From positions 25,445 through 89,444 of the forward strand of contig CAZHYV010000003.1 in NCBI GenBank assembly GCA_964537055.1: a DNA stretch of 64,000 nt. Reading direction: 5' to 3'. Below are positions 18,508 to 29,643 of the stretch, one piece after another (the first letter of the stretch is position 1; each line of letters begins with the position of its first letter). The translations under genes and the position numbers were made by a program. Source of the DNA: an uncultured Myxococcales bacterium (lineage in GTDB: Bacteria > Myxococcota_A > Polyangia > Palsa-1104 > JAEUJZ01). The notes under the pieces are model-generated. The model did no database searches, was not told the origin of the DNA, and saw only the letters and a program-made list of their open reading frames with translations.

Positions 18508-20700
18508 ATGTATACAAAAGAATCTATACTTCTCGGTGGCAAAGAGCTATCCATTGAAGTAGGAAAAATGGCCAAACAGGCCGATGGTGCCGTTGTGGTC
18601 CGCTACGGAGATACGATGGTGCTATGCACCGCCGTTGCGTCGAAAACCGCTCGGGAAGGAATCGATTTTCTCCCTTTAAGCGTAGAATACGTAGAGAAAA
18701 TGTTTGCTGGGGGCAAGATTCCTGGTGGTTATTTTAAACGGGAAGGACGCCCTGCCGAGGCAGAAATTTTGGTTTCGCGTCTCATCGATAGGCCTTGCCG
18801 GCCCCTGTTTCCAAAAGGCTTTAGGTTTGAATCCCAAATCATTGCCATGCCTTTGTCTTTCGATAAAGAAAATCCAACCGATGTTCTTGCCATGGTAGGT
18901 GCTTCTTGTGCACTCCACATCTCTAATATTCCATGGGATGGGCCTTTTGCTGGAGTCCGGGTGGGTCGAGTCAATGGATCATGGTTAATCAATCCAACGT
19001 TTGCGCAGCGAGCGGAATCTACTGTAGATTTGGTGGTTGCCGCCAGCCGGGATGCCATCGTCATGGTGGAAGGGGGTGCGGACGAAATCCCAGAGGAAGA
19101 GCTGATTGAAGGTCTGTTCTTCGCTCACCAGGAAGCCCAGTCCATTATTGACCTCATCGAAAAGCTCCGTTCTGCCGTAGGAAAACCCAAAAGGGAATTT
19201 TCTGTGCCTGGAGTGGATGAGGCGTTAAAGCAGCAGGTTGTTGCTCTTGCGAAAGATCGCTTCCGCGAAGCCATAAGCATTAGTGAAAAGAAAAAGAGGC
19301 ATACCCAGGAAGCCTTGGTTGAGCAAGAAACGATGAAGCAGTTGTGTGGGACCCCAGAATCGGCATTTTTTGGCCGTGATAAAGAAGTGACTGAGGTTCT
19401 TCGCAGCGTCCATAAAAAGGTTGTACGCAACATGATCTTGGACGAACAGATCCGCATTGATGGACGAAAAACGACCGAGATTCGTCCGATTACCTGCGAA
19501 GCAGGGCTTCTGCCTCGGGTTCACGGATCGGCATTATTCACGCGGGGTGAGACGCAATCCTTGGCCACAGTAACGCTAGGAACCTCTGAAGATGCACAGC
19601 AAATCGAATCGATGATGGGCACCGTTACTAAGAGATATACACTTCATTACAATTTCCCACCCTTTTGTACCGGGGAAGCAAAGCCTTTACGGGGGCAATC
19701 TAGGCGGGAAGTGGGCCATGGGCATCTTGCCGAGAGGGCTTTGGCTCGGGTCATTCCCAAAGATGGCGAGTTCCCCTACACGGTTCGCGTCGTTTCTGAG
19801 ATTTTCGAAAGCAATGGCAGCTCTTCGATGGCAAGTGTTTGCGGAGGAAGCTTAGCTTTGATGGATGCAGGGGTTCCTATTCGTGGCCCGGTCAGCGGTG
19901 TCGCCATGGGCCTTATCTATGAGAAAGAGCAGGATGGCAAAGAGAGAGTGGCCATCCTTAGCGATATTTTGGGTGACGAGGATCATCTAGGTGATATGGA
20001 TTTTAAAATCTGTGGAACCCAAGCTGGAATTACAGCCGTACAAATGGACATTAAAATCCAAGGGTTAAGCAAAGATCTGTTAAAGCGGGCACTGTTCCAA
20101 GCCAAAGAAGGTCGTCTCTATATCCTTGAAAAAATGAACCAGACCTTGTCCATGCCAAGAAGCGAAATGTCTTCTTATGCCCCAAGGATTTATACCCTCA
20201 CTGTCAAGCCTGATCGCATCCGCGACATCATTGGTCCTGGCGGAAAAACCATCCGGGCGATCATTGAACAGACCGGCGTTGCCATTGAGGTGCAGGACGA
20301 TGGAACCGTTTCCATTGCCTCTTCGGACGGAGTTTCTGCCCAAAAGGCCATCAACATCGTTCAAGGCCTGACTGCAAGCCCAGAGTTAGGGCAGATTTAT
20401 CCCGGGGTCGTAAAGCGCATTGTTGACTTTGGTGCGTTTGTCGAAATTCTCCCAGGTACCGATGGTTTGGTACACATTAGCGAGCTTTCAAGCGAGCGTG
20501 TAAACCAGGTATCAGACATCCTTAAAGAGGGTGATGAGGTGATGGTCAAGGTAATTGCGATTGATAGAATGGGTAAAATTCGTCTATCTCGCAAAGAAGC
20601 AATAGCTGGATCAGTTTCTTCGAGAGAGAAGGGAGAATCCGCCTCTGAAACAGAAGGCGAACCTGCTACTGAAATGGTAGAAGAGCCTTCCTCGAATTAA
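18508..20700 (+). CDS. pnp: Polyribonucleotide nucleotidyltransferase
   Basis: [48 protein letters not shown], then KH and S1 domains. Start placed at the ATG after AGGAG. Confidence 0.98.
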   Translation: MYTKESILLGGKELSIEVGKMAKQADGAVVVRYGDTMVLCTAVASKTAREGIDFLPLSVEYVEKMFAGGKIPGGYFKREGRPAEAEILVSRLIDRPCRPLFPKGFRFESQIIAMPLSFDKENPTDVLAMVGASCALHISNIPWDGPFAGVRVGRVNGSWLINPTFAQRAESTVDLVVAASRDAIVMVEGGADEIPEEELIEGLFFAHQEAQSIIDLIEKLRSAVGKPKREFSVPGVDEALKQQVVALAKDRFREAISISEKKKRHTQEALVEQETMKQLCGTPESAFFGRDKEVTEVLRSVHKKVVRNMILDEQIRIDGRKTTEIRPITCEAGLLPRVHGSALFTRGETQSLATVTLGTSEDAQQIESMMGTVTKRYTLHYNFPPFCTGEAKPLRGQSRREVGHGHLAERALARVIPKDGEFPYTVRVVSEIFESNGSSSMASVCGGSLALMDAGVPIRGPVSGVAMGLIYEKEQDGKERVAILSDILGDEDHLGDMDFKICGTQAGITAVQMDIKIQGLSKDLLKRALFQAKEGRLYILEKMNQTLSMPRSEMSSYAPRIYTLTVKPDRIRDIIGPGGKTIRAIIEQTGVAIEVQDDGTVSIASSDGVSAQKAINIVQGLTASPELGQIYPGVVKRIVDFGAFVEILPGTDGLVHISELSSERVNQVSDILKEGDEVMVKVIAIDRMGKIRLSRKEAIAGSVSSREKGESASETEGEPATEMVEEPSSN

Positions 20701-20729
20701 ATACCTTCTTGAAAATCCTTAGGAAACCC

Positions 20730-21194
20730 ATGCAACCCTCTCCCGTGACCATCTCTTGCAGGCGTCTTCATGAAGGTGCAAACATTCCCTCGTACCAATC
20801 TGACCAGGCGGCAGGGCTTGACCTTACCGCCTGCCCCAGTGGGGAGGCCTCGTTCCCTATTCGAATTGCCCCTATGCAAAGGGTACTTGTGCCGACTGGG
20901 ATTGCAATCTCTCTCCCCAGGGGCTATGAAGCACAGGTTCGCCCACGTTCGGGTTGGGCCCTCCGTGATGGGATGACTGTGCTGAATAGCCCTGGAACGG
21001 TTGATAGTGACTACCGAGGAGAAATACAGGTTATTTTAATCAACCTGGGTCAGAAAGAAGTCTGCGTCTACCCCGGAGACCGGATTGCCCAGCTGGTCAT
21101 TGCACCTGTCTGTACAGCACAGTTTGTTGAAGCTCAGGTCCTCGATGATACCAACCGGGGTTCTTCAGGATTTGGTCATACGGGCGGATTTTAA
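20730..21194 (+). CDS. dut: dUTP diphosphatase
   Basis: AAGLDL, RPRSG, SPGTVDSDYRGEI, RIAQLV and RGSSGFGHTG motifs. Confidence 0.97.
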   Translation: MQPSPVTISCRRLHEGANIPSYQSDQAAGLDLTACPSGEASFPIRIAPMQRVLVPTGIAISLPRGYEAQVRPRSGWALRDGMTVLNSPGTVDSDYRGEIQVILINLGQKEVCVYPGDRIAQLVIAPVCTAQFVEAQVLDDTNRGSSGFGHTGGF

Positions 21195-21215
21195 GCTACC
21201 CCTAGAGCATTCCAC

Positions 21216-22370
21216 CTACTTAAGGCCTTGTTCGTTTTCGAATTCTTTGTAGAAGCGGATGAGCTTTTCCATCGAGAAATAGAATTGGTTTTGCTGTGTC
21301 CCTGTAGGAGGACCAACGAAGGCCTGACGGATCTGGTTTTTATCATCCAAAATAAGAATAAGAGGCGGGCCTGGATGGTTTAAAAAGAATGTTTCTGCCA
21401 TCATCACACGTCCTGGACCCTTTTTTGCAGGTTGGTTTACTGTCTGCATAGAGGTTTGTAACCAGCTTTTCGCCTCCTCATCTAGAGAGAAGGCAAGTAC
21501 CTTGAGATAAGAAGACGTCTTGGGAACTCGCTGTAACAGGGAGGAGGCAAAAAGATGCTGAAGTTTTTTTTCTGCAATCCAAAGGTTGAGCTCAGGACCT
21601 TTTAGAAAGGTGGCCAGCTTTTTAGAAATTTCACTCTGGCTTATATCTGTCCGGCCTTCAAGAAATCGACGAATTCCATCAAGAAATAGAGTTTGCCTTT
21701 GCGAAGTGAAAGGGTAGACAAGGGCTTGTCTTACTACGAGATCTCGATCGATGGCAAGCAACAGAGGCCGTTCAGAGGAGGCGTACAAGGTACGGCACAA
21801 GTCGTCCCCATTGGGAGAATTTTCGTTTACATGGTTTTTGAACACACTGCTGGAAAAAAGGTTTTCTTTGACCTTTTGCTGAAAGCTGGTCCGCGTTCGT
21901 GATTGGGAGAGTGCAACTACTTTTAAGTGAGACTTTTGGTTCACGGTTGACAGAAAGTCTCGAAGTTGGCGAGCCTCCTTTATACAAAGTTCACATTCGG
22001 CTGCCCAAAGGTACAGAATCAGCAGTCTAGTCGAAGGATAAGCCCGAAAATACGATTGTAGAATCGGTAGCTGTTTCGGCAAAGGAGCGTAGGCTAAAGA
22101 GGGAGAGGTAATCATAATATCTTGGAGCGAGCTCTCAAGCAAAAAGCTTGCCTCCTCTTCCCGCGGCGCTGGTTGAAAATTCAGCTGACAAGATCCCTCA
22201 AACACAAAGGTATTTCCATTGGTAGGCTTTTGGCTGGAAGAAGCGTTGCTAGGATCTTTTGGAGCTTTGGCCTTATCAGCCTGCGGCTGCGCCCAAGGAT
22301 CATCCAAGCATGAAGAGACCAAAAGGAAAAAACAGAATAGAAGAATTTTTTTGAAACTATCTTTATACAT
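21216..22370 (-). CDS. Secreted redoxin/thioredoxin-fold protein
   Basis: Signal/lipoprotein-like N-terminus, LYLWAAECELCIKE (CxxC) and a second redoxin-like segment without cysteines. Confidence 0.55.
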   Translation of the reverse strand: MYKDSFKKILLFCFFLLVSSCLDDPWAQPQADKAKAPKDPSNASSSQKPTNGNTFVFEGSCQLNFQPAPREEEASFLLESSLQDIMITSPSLAYAPLPKQLPILQSYFRAYPSTRLLILYLWAAECELCIKEARQLRDFLSTVNQKSHLKVVALSQSRTRTSFQQKVKENLFSSSVFKNHVNENSPNGDDLCRTLYASSERPLLLAIDRDLVVRQALVYPFTSQRQTLFLDGIRRFLEGRTDISQSEISKKLATFLKGPELNLWIAEKKLQHLFASSLLQRVPKTSSYLKVLAFSLDEEAKSWLQTSMQTVNQPAKKGPGRVMMAETFFLNHPGPPLILILDDKNQIRQAFVGPPTGTQQNQFYFSMEKLIRFYKEFENEQGLK

Positions 22371-22554
22371 CGTCTCCTCCTTCATCGTCTGCTCTCATAG
22401 TCTGTGGGGTTACTGTAGACTCTTCCTCTACGATCCGGTAGGAACCCTCAAGCCAGTGATTCAGATCGATGAGTTGGCATCGACTGGAGCAAAAAGGAAA
22501 AGACCGGACAGTATTTTCAACGGAATGATGGCAAATAGGGCACAAAGGTTTCAT
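22363..22554 (-). CDS. yacG: DNA gyrase inhibitor YacG
   Basis: CPIC...FPFCSSRCQLIDLNHWLEGSYRI zinc-finger signature. Confidence 0.93.
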   Translation of the reverse strand: MKPLCPICHHSVENTVRSFPFCSSRCQLIDLNHWLEGSYRIVEEESTVTPQTMRADDEGGDDV

Positions 22555-22725
22555 AAGAACGATGAGAGAAGCTTATCTGAACTTTTGTTTTCTTGGAAGA
22601 GACTTTCTATTAGGGCGGGGAAACTAGGGTTTATGTGTGCAAAAAATACACAATAACTCTCAATACCCTCGGAATCTTCGAAAAATCGTTGTTCTCTCAA
22701 AGAAAGTTGGTATCTTGGCATAAGC

Positions 22726-23340
22726 ATGTTTACGAAAATTTATCACCTCCTTCAAATGGGGGGTCTCCCTCTCATTCTTATGATCCTAGGTTCTGTATTA
22801 ACCCTTGCCGTTGTCATAGAGCGGACGATTTATTTATGGCAATTTTCCTCGAGGGCACAAAAGTTGTTTGACCAGGTCAAACAATTTATCCAAGAAAGGA
22901 AGATAGAGGCGGCAGAAACCATCTGTTTGCAGTCCATCCACCCAGTGGCAAAAGTATTTTTGGAGGGACTAAAAAGGAAGGCAGAAGGGAAGATAGCGGC
23001 CATTCCTTCCTCGGTAGATAGAGAACGTCAACGTGTAAGTCTCAAGCTACGAAAACCTTTATGGATTTTAGGAACGGTGGGTGCGACAACCCCATTTGTT
23101 GGACTTTTTGGAACCGTCGTGGGGATTATGTCTTCGTTCCGCGCCTTAAGTACGGCAAAAAAGGCTGGGTTTGAAGTAGTAGGCCCTGGTATCACTGAAG
23201 CCTTGGTCTCAACTGCAGTAGGGATTGGAGTTGCGATCGCAGCGCTGATTGGCTTTAATTATTTTCAAACACGAATTGGCCGGATAAATACTGAGATCAA
23301 ATTAATGACAGAGGAATTCGTTGAGGAGATTTCTCTATAA
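22726..23340 (+). CDS. MotA/TolQ/ExbB proton channel family protein
   Basis: LGTVGATTPFVGLFGTVVGIM and GITEALVSTAVG transmembrane motifs. Confidence 0.93.
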   Translation: MFTKIYHLLQMGGLPLILMILGSVLTLAVVIERTIYLWQFSSRAQKLFDQVKQFIQERKIEAAETICLQSIHPVAKVFLEGLKRKAEGKIAAIPSSVDRERQRVSLKLRKPLWILGTVGATTPFVGLFGTVVGIMSSFRALSTAKKAGFEVVGPGITEALVSTAVGIGVAIAALIGFNYFQTRIGRINTEIKLMTEEFVEEISL

Positions 23341-23476
23341 AGAAACGATGCTCCTCTTAATCGATATTATATAACTATTTATGTAAAAAGGAATCTGAAT
23401 AGAGAATGAGATAAGAAGCTGTGTCATAATAAAACGGCTATATACCAATGGAAGTGCATTATAATAGAGAGGCTGC

Positions 23477-23947
23477 ATGGCAATAGGAACGATGCCTGGA
23501 TCTCAGGAAAATGAGACTGAGGAACAGGGGTTATTTAGTGAGATCAATATCACACCGCTCACCGATATCTTTTTGGTGCTTTTGATCATCTTTATGGTGA
23601 CATCAACTGTGATTGTAGATATGGCAAGCGGTACTGATGGAAATGGCGTTAAAGTCCAAGTAGCTCAGAGAGATGGGCAAAGTTCTCCTAATAAAGATAA
23701 GATCATTTCAGTGGAGCTTGATCCAAGCGGTCATTTGACGCTAGATGGAGAAAAAATGACACCTTCACAGCTCACCGATGCCTTACAAGTAAGAAAACAG
23801 CAAAACCCTGAGGTCAAAATGATCATTAAGCCTAGCGATGCAACTCCATACCGCTATGTGCTTGGTATGATTGGTCTTGCCCAAAAGACAGGGATCCCTT
23901 TCTCCATCTCTGGAAATCGTCCAATTCAGCCTCAAGCAAAACCTTAA
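23477..23947 (+). CDS. ExbD/TolR family protein
   Basis: SEINITPLTDIFLVLLIIFMV motif. Confidence 0.92.
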   Translation: MAIGTMPGSQENETEEQGLFSEINITPLTDIFLVLLIIFMVTSTVIVDMASGTDGNGVKVQVAQRDGQSSPNKDKIISVELDPSGHLTLDGEKMTPSQLTDALQVRKQQNPEVKMIIKPSDATPYRYVLGMIGLAQKTGIPFSISGNRPIQPQAKP

Positions 23948-24022
23948 AGAGGAACAAAGGAGAAACGCTCCGAGTAAAAATTTTAAGCAGGATTTATGGA
24001 TTGTAAGACCGAGTCAAATGCA

Positions 24023-24051
24023 TTGACACCAAGAGTTTTGCCAGGTAGGCT
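24023..24051 (+). promoter_or_regulatory. sigma70-type promoter upstream of lolD-bamA
   Basis: TTGACA, 17-bp spacer, TAGGCT, 11 bp before the lolD ATG. Confidence 0.55.
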
Positions 24052-24062
24052 AATGAGCTGAA

Positions 24063-24767
24063 ATGAGTGGCGCACGCATACAAGTTCAAGATCTACACAA
24101 ATCCTTCCCCATTGGTGGGCAAACAATTGAAATTTTAAAGGGAATTGATCTTACCATTGAACCGGGAGAAATGGTTGCAGTCTTAGGAAGCTCAGGGGCG
24201 GGAAAATCAACTCTTCTTCACTTGATCGGTACACTCGACCTCCCAACCTCAGGTCATATTTCGATTGATGGTGTGGATGTAACCAAGCTCAACCAAGCGC
24301 AGTTGGCTCAGTTTCGAAACCAAACAATCGGGTTTGTGTTCCAATTTCATCACTTGCTCCCTGAATTTACCGCTCTTGAAAATGTGATGCTTCCTGCTCT
24401 TATTGCTGGGAAAAAACAAAGTGTATCCTTGAATGAAGCGTCGGTTCTTCTAGAGCGTGTTGGACTATCAAAACGGATGATTCACCGCCCTGGAGAATTA
24501 TCTGGTGGAGAACAGCAACGGGTGGCACTGGCAAGAGCTCTTATGATGAAGCCACGCTTTTTGCTTGCGGATGAGCCCACGGGAAATCTAGATACGAAAA
24601 TCGGTGAAACGATCCATCAATTGATGGTCGATCTCAACCAGGAATATGGAATGACGATGGTAGTCGTCACCCACAATGAAAATATGGCCGCACGGATGCC
24701 TCGTTGTCTTCGGATGAAAGATGGCACCATTGAAGAGGACCGTAAGAGCAACATGGAGACAAAATAG
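24063..24767 (+). CDS. lolD: Lipoprotein-releasing ABC transporter ATP-binding subunit
   Basis: [38 protein letters not shown] and ADEPTGNLD motifs. Confidence 0.9.
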   Translation: MSGARIQVQDLHKSFPIGGQTIEILKGIDLTIEPGEMVAVLGSSGAGKSTLLHLIGTLDLPTSGHISIDGVDVTKLNQAQLAQFRNQTIGFVFQFHHLLPEFTALENVMLPALIAGKKQSVSLNEASVLLERVGLSKRMIHRPGELSGGEQQRVALARALMMKPRFLLADEPTGNLDTKIGETIHQLMVDLNQEYGMTMVVVTHNENMAARMPRCLRMKDGTIEEDRKSNMETK

Positions 24768-24771
24768 CGAT

Positions 24772-27342
24772 ATGCACAAACCTTCTTTCCCTTGGAAATT
24801 TATGAGAAGCGGATTCTTTGTCATCCTAAGCCTTTGCTGTATGCTCGCAATCCCTCAGCTGGGAAGAACTGAAGAGACAATAATAAACCCAGATGAAGGA
24901 AAGATCATCCGATCGATTCAGTTCAGAGGAAATACGCGCGTCGAGGATACTTCAATGAAAATTCGCCTTTCCTCCTCCAAAAATGAGGAGATCGGCCATT
25001 TCATCTCTGAAGTTGGGTCTCCTCTCAATCAAAAAACAGTCCATGACGATCTTCAGACGTTGTGGGATATGAATTCGTTTGATGACATCCGAGCCGAGGT
25101 TGTAAATACCCCGGATGGCAAAGTGGATCTGATCTATGTGGTGAAGGAAAAGCCTTGGGTAGGTAGGGTCAAGTTCGAGGGAAATAAAGAATTAAAAACT
25201 GAGGATTTAGAAAAAGAAATCGACGTGAAGACAGGGGTGCCTTACCAAGCGAAAGAGATTAAGGAAAAGGCAGAGAGAATTAAGCAAATGTATAGGGAGC
25301 AGCGTTACCCTATAGCTGAGGCGAACGCTGAAGTGACCCCGGGCAAAGACAATACAGTAAACATTACGTTCAAAATCCAGGAACACGCGAAAATTCAGCT
25401 GCGTCAAATGCGATTCACAGGGAATCGGGTATTCTCTGATGAAAAAATTCACGAGGCGTTAAAGTATGTTCGTGAAGACTATCGGTGGTCTGATTTTGTT
25501 GATATGTTACGAGGACGATCGCCATCGGGAATTTTCGATGAGTCAGCACTCGAGCGGGACTTGTTCGAGAATCTGCGTACCTTTTATCTCAACAATGGCT
25601 ATGCCGAGGTCAAATTTGGGAAACCATACCTTTGGATCTCGCCAGATAAACGGTTTGGTTATGTCACGTTGCCGATTGAGGCTGGCGATTTGTACAAGCT
25701 GGGCTCCTTCGACATTCAGTTTGACGGACCTTCTCCTTTCTCTAAGGAAAAGCTTTTGCCCAAAGAAGTATGGGAAACTATCAATAAAAAGGTGGGCGAG
25801 ACATACAACCGTGAATTATTTAACAAACCTTTTGAAAAAATCATGCTGACATACAAAAACAATGGTTATGCATTTGCCACTGTTTCAGAAAAGGCTGAAT
25901 CCGATCCAGTGACCAAAAAGGTTGCCTTCTCCTTCATGATCAAGCCCGGGAAGAAAGTTTACATCGGCAAAATCCAGATCATGGGGAATAACAAAACTCG
26001 TGATCGAGTCATTCGCAGAGAATTAAAAATTGCCGAAGGAGATTTGTATCACCAAGAGTATATTAACGAATCAGAGAAATTACTTCAGAGACTTGCCTTT
26101 TTTCAGAGTGTAAAAATTACGGTCAAGAACAGCCAAAATTTTGATGATCGGGTTGATCTGATTATCGAAGTTGCCGAAATGCCTACCGGCATGATCAATT
26201 TTGGACTTGGTTTTTCGACCGTCCAGTACTTGATTTTACAAGCTCAACTTCAGCAGAGGAACTTCTTTGGGTATGGAGGTACCCTAGAGCTCTATGCGAT
26301 GGTTGCTCCTTTTGGAGAGCTTAAATACCAAACCTACAATCTCAGATACATAGACCCTCGATTTTTAGACACTCGTTTTACTTTTAGTGCTTCGCTGTAC
26401 CGGTCTCTCCAGTACTTTCCAAATGCTACCTTCCTAAAAACGATCATGGGGGGAAGTATTGGGTTTGGCTACCTGTTTACCGACACCTTACAATTAAATC
26501 TTTCCTATAAGCTTGATTGGAACGATGTAAGCGCCCTAGGTCCAGACCTTCGCGGTACCAGCCTCGCTCCTCTTCTTTACCGAACAGCGTTTACTTCTGC
26601 GGTTCGTTTAGATTTTACCTATAACAACGTCAATGACAACGCAATCCCTGAGAGGGGACTGACGAGACCTTTAGGAATGCGCCACACCCTAAACCTAGAG
26701 CTGGCCGATCAGTACCTTGGTTCACAAATTAACTACTTCAAGATGGAGGGAGCTTTACGCTTTTACCGCCCGATCTGGGGGCCGTTTAACTTCCGCTTTA
26801 TCGTAGGCGCAGGTTTCATCGTATCGCGAAAGCAGGCGGGTAAGCCCGAAGGCGTACCTATCTCAGAGAGGTTCTATAATTTCCAGGGAGTTCCTTTCGA
26901 AAATCGTGGATTCCCCATTTATTCACTAGGCCCTCGTTTTGCTTTGGCTGGGCAGGATCCACTCGCGGGTCCTCAGTACATTTCTGTGGGAGCAAACTAT
27001 TATCTTCGTGCCACAGCCGAGCTTGAATTTAAGCTGCTCCCCGAGAAGTACAACATGTTTGATTTTCGTGGGGTGGTCTTCCTTGACGTGGGCAACGGAT
27101 ACAATACAGAAGATTCTTACTGTAGGGAGGGTGATGGGGCACCAGGTGTATTCAGCCCTTGTCAGAAATATCCTACACTACAAAACCTCCGCTACTCGGC
27201 CGGCTTTGGAATTCGTTGGATGAGAAGTCCTCTTGGGGCGCCACTGCGTTTTGAGTTTGGATTCCCACTCAACCGAGTTCTGGACCAAGGCTTTAAAGAG
27301 CAGCCGTTCTTCTTTACGTTTGGTATGGGAACTTCCTTCTAA
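24772..27342 (+). CDS. bamA: Outer membrane protein assembly factor BamA
   Basis: POTRA repeats (GNNKTRDRVIRRE), a barrel domain with GIRWMRSPLGAPLRFEFG and a terminal Phe. Confidence 0.95.
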   Translation: MHKPSFPWKFMRSGFFVILSLCCMLAIPQLGRTEETIINPDEGKIIRSIQFRGNTRVEDTSMKIRLSSSKNEEIGHFISEVGSPLNQKTVHDDLQTLWDMNSFDDIRAEVVNTPDGKVDLIYVVKEKPWVGRVKFEGNKELKTEDLEKEIDVKTGVPYQAKEIKEKAERIKQMYREQRYPIAEANAEVTPGKDNTVNITFKIQEHAKIQLRQMRFTGNRVFSDEKIHEALKYVREDYRWSDFVDMLRGRSPSGIFDESALERDLFENLRTFYLNNGYAEVKFGKPYLWISPDKRFGYVTLPIEAGDLYKLGSFDIQFDGPSPFSKEKLLPKEVWETINKKVGETYNRELFNKPFEKIMLTYKNNGYAFATVSEKAESDPVTKKVAFSFMIKPGKKVYIGKIQIMGNNKTRDRVIRRELKIAEGDLYHQEYINESEKLLQRLAFFQSVKITVKNSQNFDDRVDLIIEVAEMPTGMINFGLGFSTVQYLILQAQLQQRNFFGYGGTLELYAMVAPFGELKYQTYNLRYIDPRFLDTRFTFSASLYRSLQYFPNATFLKTIMGGSIGFGYLFTDTLQLNLSYKLDWNDVSALGPDLRGTSLAPLLYRTAFTSAVRLDFTYNNVNDNAIPERGLTRPLGMRHTLNLELADQYLGSQINYFKMEGALRFYRPIWGPFNFRFIVGAGFIVSRKQAGKPEGVPISERFYNFQGVPFENRGFPIYSLGPRFALAGQDPLAGPQYISVGANYYLRATAELEFKLLPEKYNMFDFRGVVFLDVGNGYNTEDSYCREGDGAPGVFSPCQKYPTLQNLRYSAGFGIRWMRSPLGAPLRFEFGFPLNRVLDQGFKEQPFFFTFGMGTSF

Positions 27343-27595
27343 GAAGCTAGGTTCACATTGGTTTTTGGATGGCTCCTCCATAAAAGACAGCCAATGGAGT
27401 CGTAAAAGAATAAGAAAAATGAAAAAGAGGATTGACAGTTTTGCAAAAATAGAAAAGATTTTATCGGTTCTGCGTTTCGAGGGAAACTCCCTCATTTCGT
27501 CAGAGCGATAAAAAGAACTCTTGAAAAAAGAGTTGAATTCATTGAAAATAATCTTTAGGCTTATTTATACATTATCGAAAAAGGAGACTTAACAC

Positions 27596-28021
27596 ATGCA
27601 TTTAGTTAACGCGATTTGGACCTTTCTTCTAGGGGTGCTTGCTGCTAGCGGCGCTATTATTGCTAGAAAACCTGATGCAAAACAATTGATTGATAAGCTA
27701 GCTCCCTACCAAGGATGGATGGGTCTTGTGTCCGGAATTTGGGGAATTTGGGCCACCATTAACACCATTCTCAATATGAGACTTCTAGGTCTGGGTATCA
27801 TGGCAGCAATCTTCTGGGTTCTCCTATTAGCAGATTCGCTTCTAAATATTGCCCTAGGATCGATTTTAGGTACGGCTCTTGCAAAAACCTATGTAAAAGA
27901 TCCTAAAGCCCAAGAAAAAATGGATCAGCTATATAATAAGCTATCTCCATTCCGCAATACACTTGGCTTTGCTGGTATTGCTCTTGCTATCGTTACCATC
28001 ATCTTTAACTTCCTCTGGTAG
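27596..28021 (+). CDS. Hypothetical membrane protein
   Basis: Four hydrophobic segments and AAGGAG RBS. Confidence 0.75.
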   Translation: MHLVNAIWTFLLGVLAASGAIIARKPDAKQLIDKLAPYQGWMGLVSGIWGIWATINTILNMRLLGLGIMAAIFWVLLLADSLLNIALGSILGTALAKTYVKDPKAQEKMDQLYNKLSPFRNTLGFAGIALAIVTIIFNFLW

Positions 28022-28050
28022 TTTCTTCTCGTAAATATTTTCTCTATTTA

Positions 28051-28107
28051 TACATCAAACATATTGAAGCAGTCCTCTAAAGATATTGCTTCAATATGTT
28101 TGATGTA
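28051..28107. repeat. Perfect 21-bp inverted repeat with a 15-nt loop
   Basis: TACATCAAACATATTGAAGCA (28051-28071) and its exact reverse complement (28087-28107). Confidence 0.9.
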
Positions 28108-28316
28108 CTTGTATAGCTAGAAACGCATGTAGGCTTTTCCTAAACCGAAACATTTGTCAGGATTCAGAGCTAGGAAAAATCTTAAAAATGTGGCAAACTT
28201 AGTTTGACTTTCCAAACTCTTACTTGTTTCACAACATACACTTGTATGAGGGTGGCCTGCAATCAAGGTGAAGTATGTCCATCCTTATCGAGTGAGTTCA
28301 TTGAGGATTCGAATCT

Positions 28317-29483
28317 ATGTTTGATCTCCGTTTTAGCGAAGAACAAGAAGCCCTAATCAAAACTGCCCGAGACTTTGCCAAAGAAAAAATTCTTCCTGTG
28401 GCCTCCATGCTAGACGAAAAAGAACAATTTCCCATCGAGCTGCTTAAGCAAGCATGGGAAATTGGCCTGATGAACTGCGAGGTCCCCGAAGCCTATGGCG
28501 GGGTGGGACTCTCTTGTTTGTCACATTCACTCGTGATTGAAGAAATTGGATATGCTTGCCTGGGGACATGCACCTCGATGATTATCAACGATTTGGCGGC
28601 GCTTCCCATCATCCTGGCGGGGAACGAGGACCAAAAGAAGAAATACCTAGGTTGGCTGAGCAAAGAGCCGATTTTTGCAGCCTACTGCTGTTCTGAGCCG
28701 GATGCAGGTTCTGACGTAGCTGGAATGACCACGCATTACAAAAAAGACGGAGATGGCTACGTATTAACTGGACAAAAACGCTGGATTAGCAACGGGGGGC
28801 ACGCTAGCTTCTACACAGTGTTTGCGACCTCAGATCCAAAGGCGGAAAAAGATCTAAAAGCCCGTAATAAGAAAATCGCTTGCTTTATCGTTGACCGGGA
28901 CCTCAAAGGGGTAAAGGTGGGCAAGAAAGAGCACAAGCTAGGTCAACGTGCGTCAGAGACGGTCGATGTCATTTTTGAAGAGGTACGGCTTCCCAAGGAG
29001 GCTCTTTTAGGACAAGAAGGGGAGGGCTTTAAAATTGCGATGAAGACTTTCGATCGCTCCCGTCCTTGGATGGCTGCGGGGGCGTCTGGCCTGATGAGAC
29101 GAGCTATCGATGAAAGCCGGGCCTATGCACTGGAGAGAAAGACCTTTGGGGTTCCCATTGCCGACCATCAGGCGGTCCAATTTATGCTGGCGGACATGGC
29201 GGTCGATTACGAAGCCACCCGGCTTTTATGCCATAAAGCCGCTTGGAACGTGGACCGGGGAATGCTCGATTCCATTGTCTCGAGCATCGCCAAATGTTTT
29301 GGTGCGGATGCCGCCATGAAGGTAGCGACCGATGCGGTTCAAATCTTTGGCGGCTATGGCTACACTCGAGAATACCCCGTCGAAAAGCTAATGCGCGATG
29401 CCAAGCTCCTCCAAATTTACGAAGGCACCTCCCAGATCCAGCGGATGGTGATTGCAAGAAACCTCCTCAGCGGCCGCGGATAG
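28317..29483 (+). CDS. Acyl-CoA dehydrogenase
   Basis: [33 protein letters not shown] and [11 protein letters not shown] motifs. Confidence 0.96.
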   Translation: MFDLRFSEEQEALIKTARDFAKEKILPVASMLDEKEQFPIELLKQAWEIGLMNCEVPEAYGGVGLSCLSHSLVIEEIGYACLGTCTSMIINDLAALPIILAGNEDQKKKYLGWLSKEPIFAAYCCSEPDAGSDVAGMTTHYKKDGDGYVLTGQKRWISNGGHASFYTVFATSDPKAEKDLKARNKKIACFIVDRDLKGVKVGKKEHKLGQRASETVDVIFEEVRLPKEALLGQEGEGFKIAMKTFDRSRPWMAAGASGLMRRAIDESRAYALERKTFGVPIADHQAVQFMLADMAVDYEATRLLCHKAAWNVDRGMLDSIVSSIAKCFGADAAMKVATDAVQIFGGYGYTREYPVEKLMRDAKLLQIYEGTSQIQRMVIARNLLSGRG

Positions 29484-29643
29484 GGAAAGCTGCGCCGAAA
29501 AATCAATTCGGTCCCCTCCTGACTGTCGAGATAGAATCGGCTTAGTTCCCTCCTGGCTATCCATATAAAATCCAACCTGATTGGCCTTATCAACCTCTTA
29601 AATTTCCGATAGTAAGATTCCGTAGGTGTAGTATAGTGGCTCT

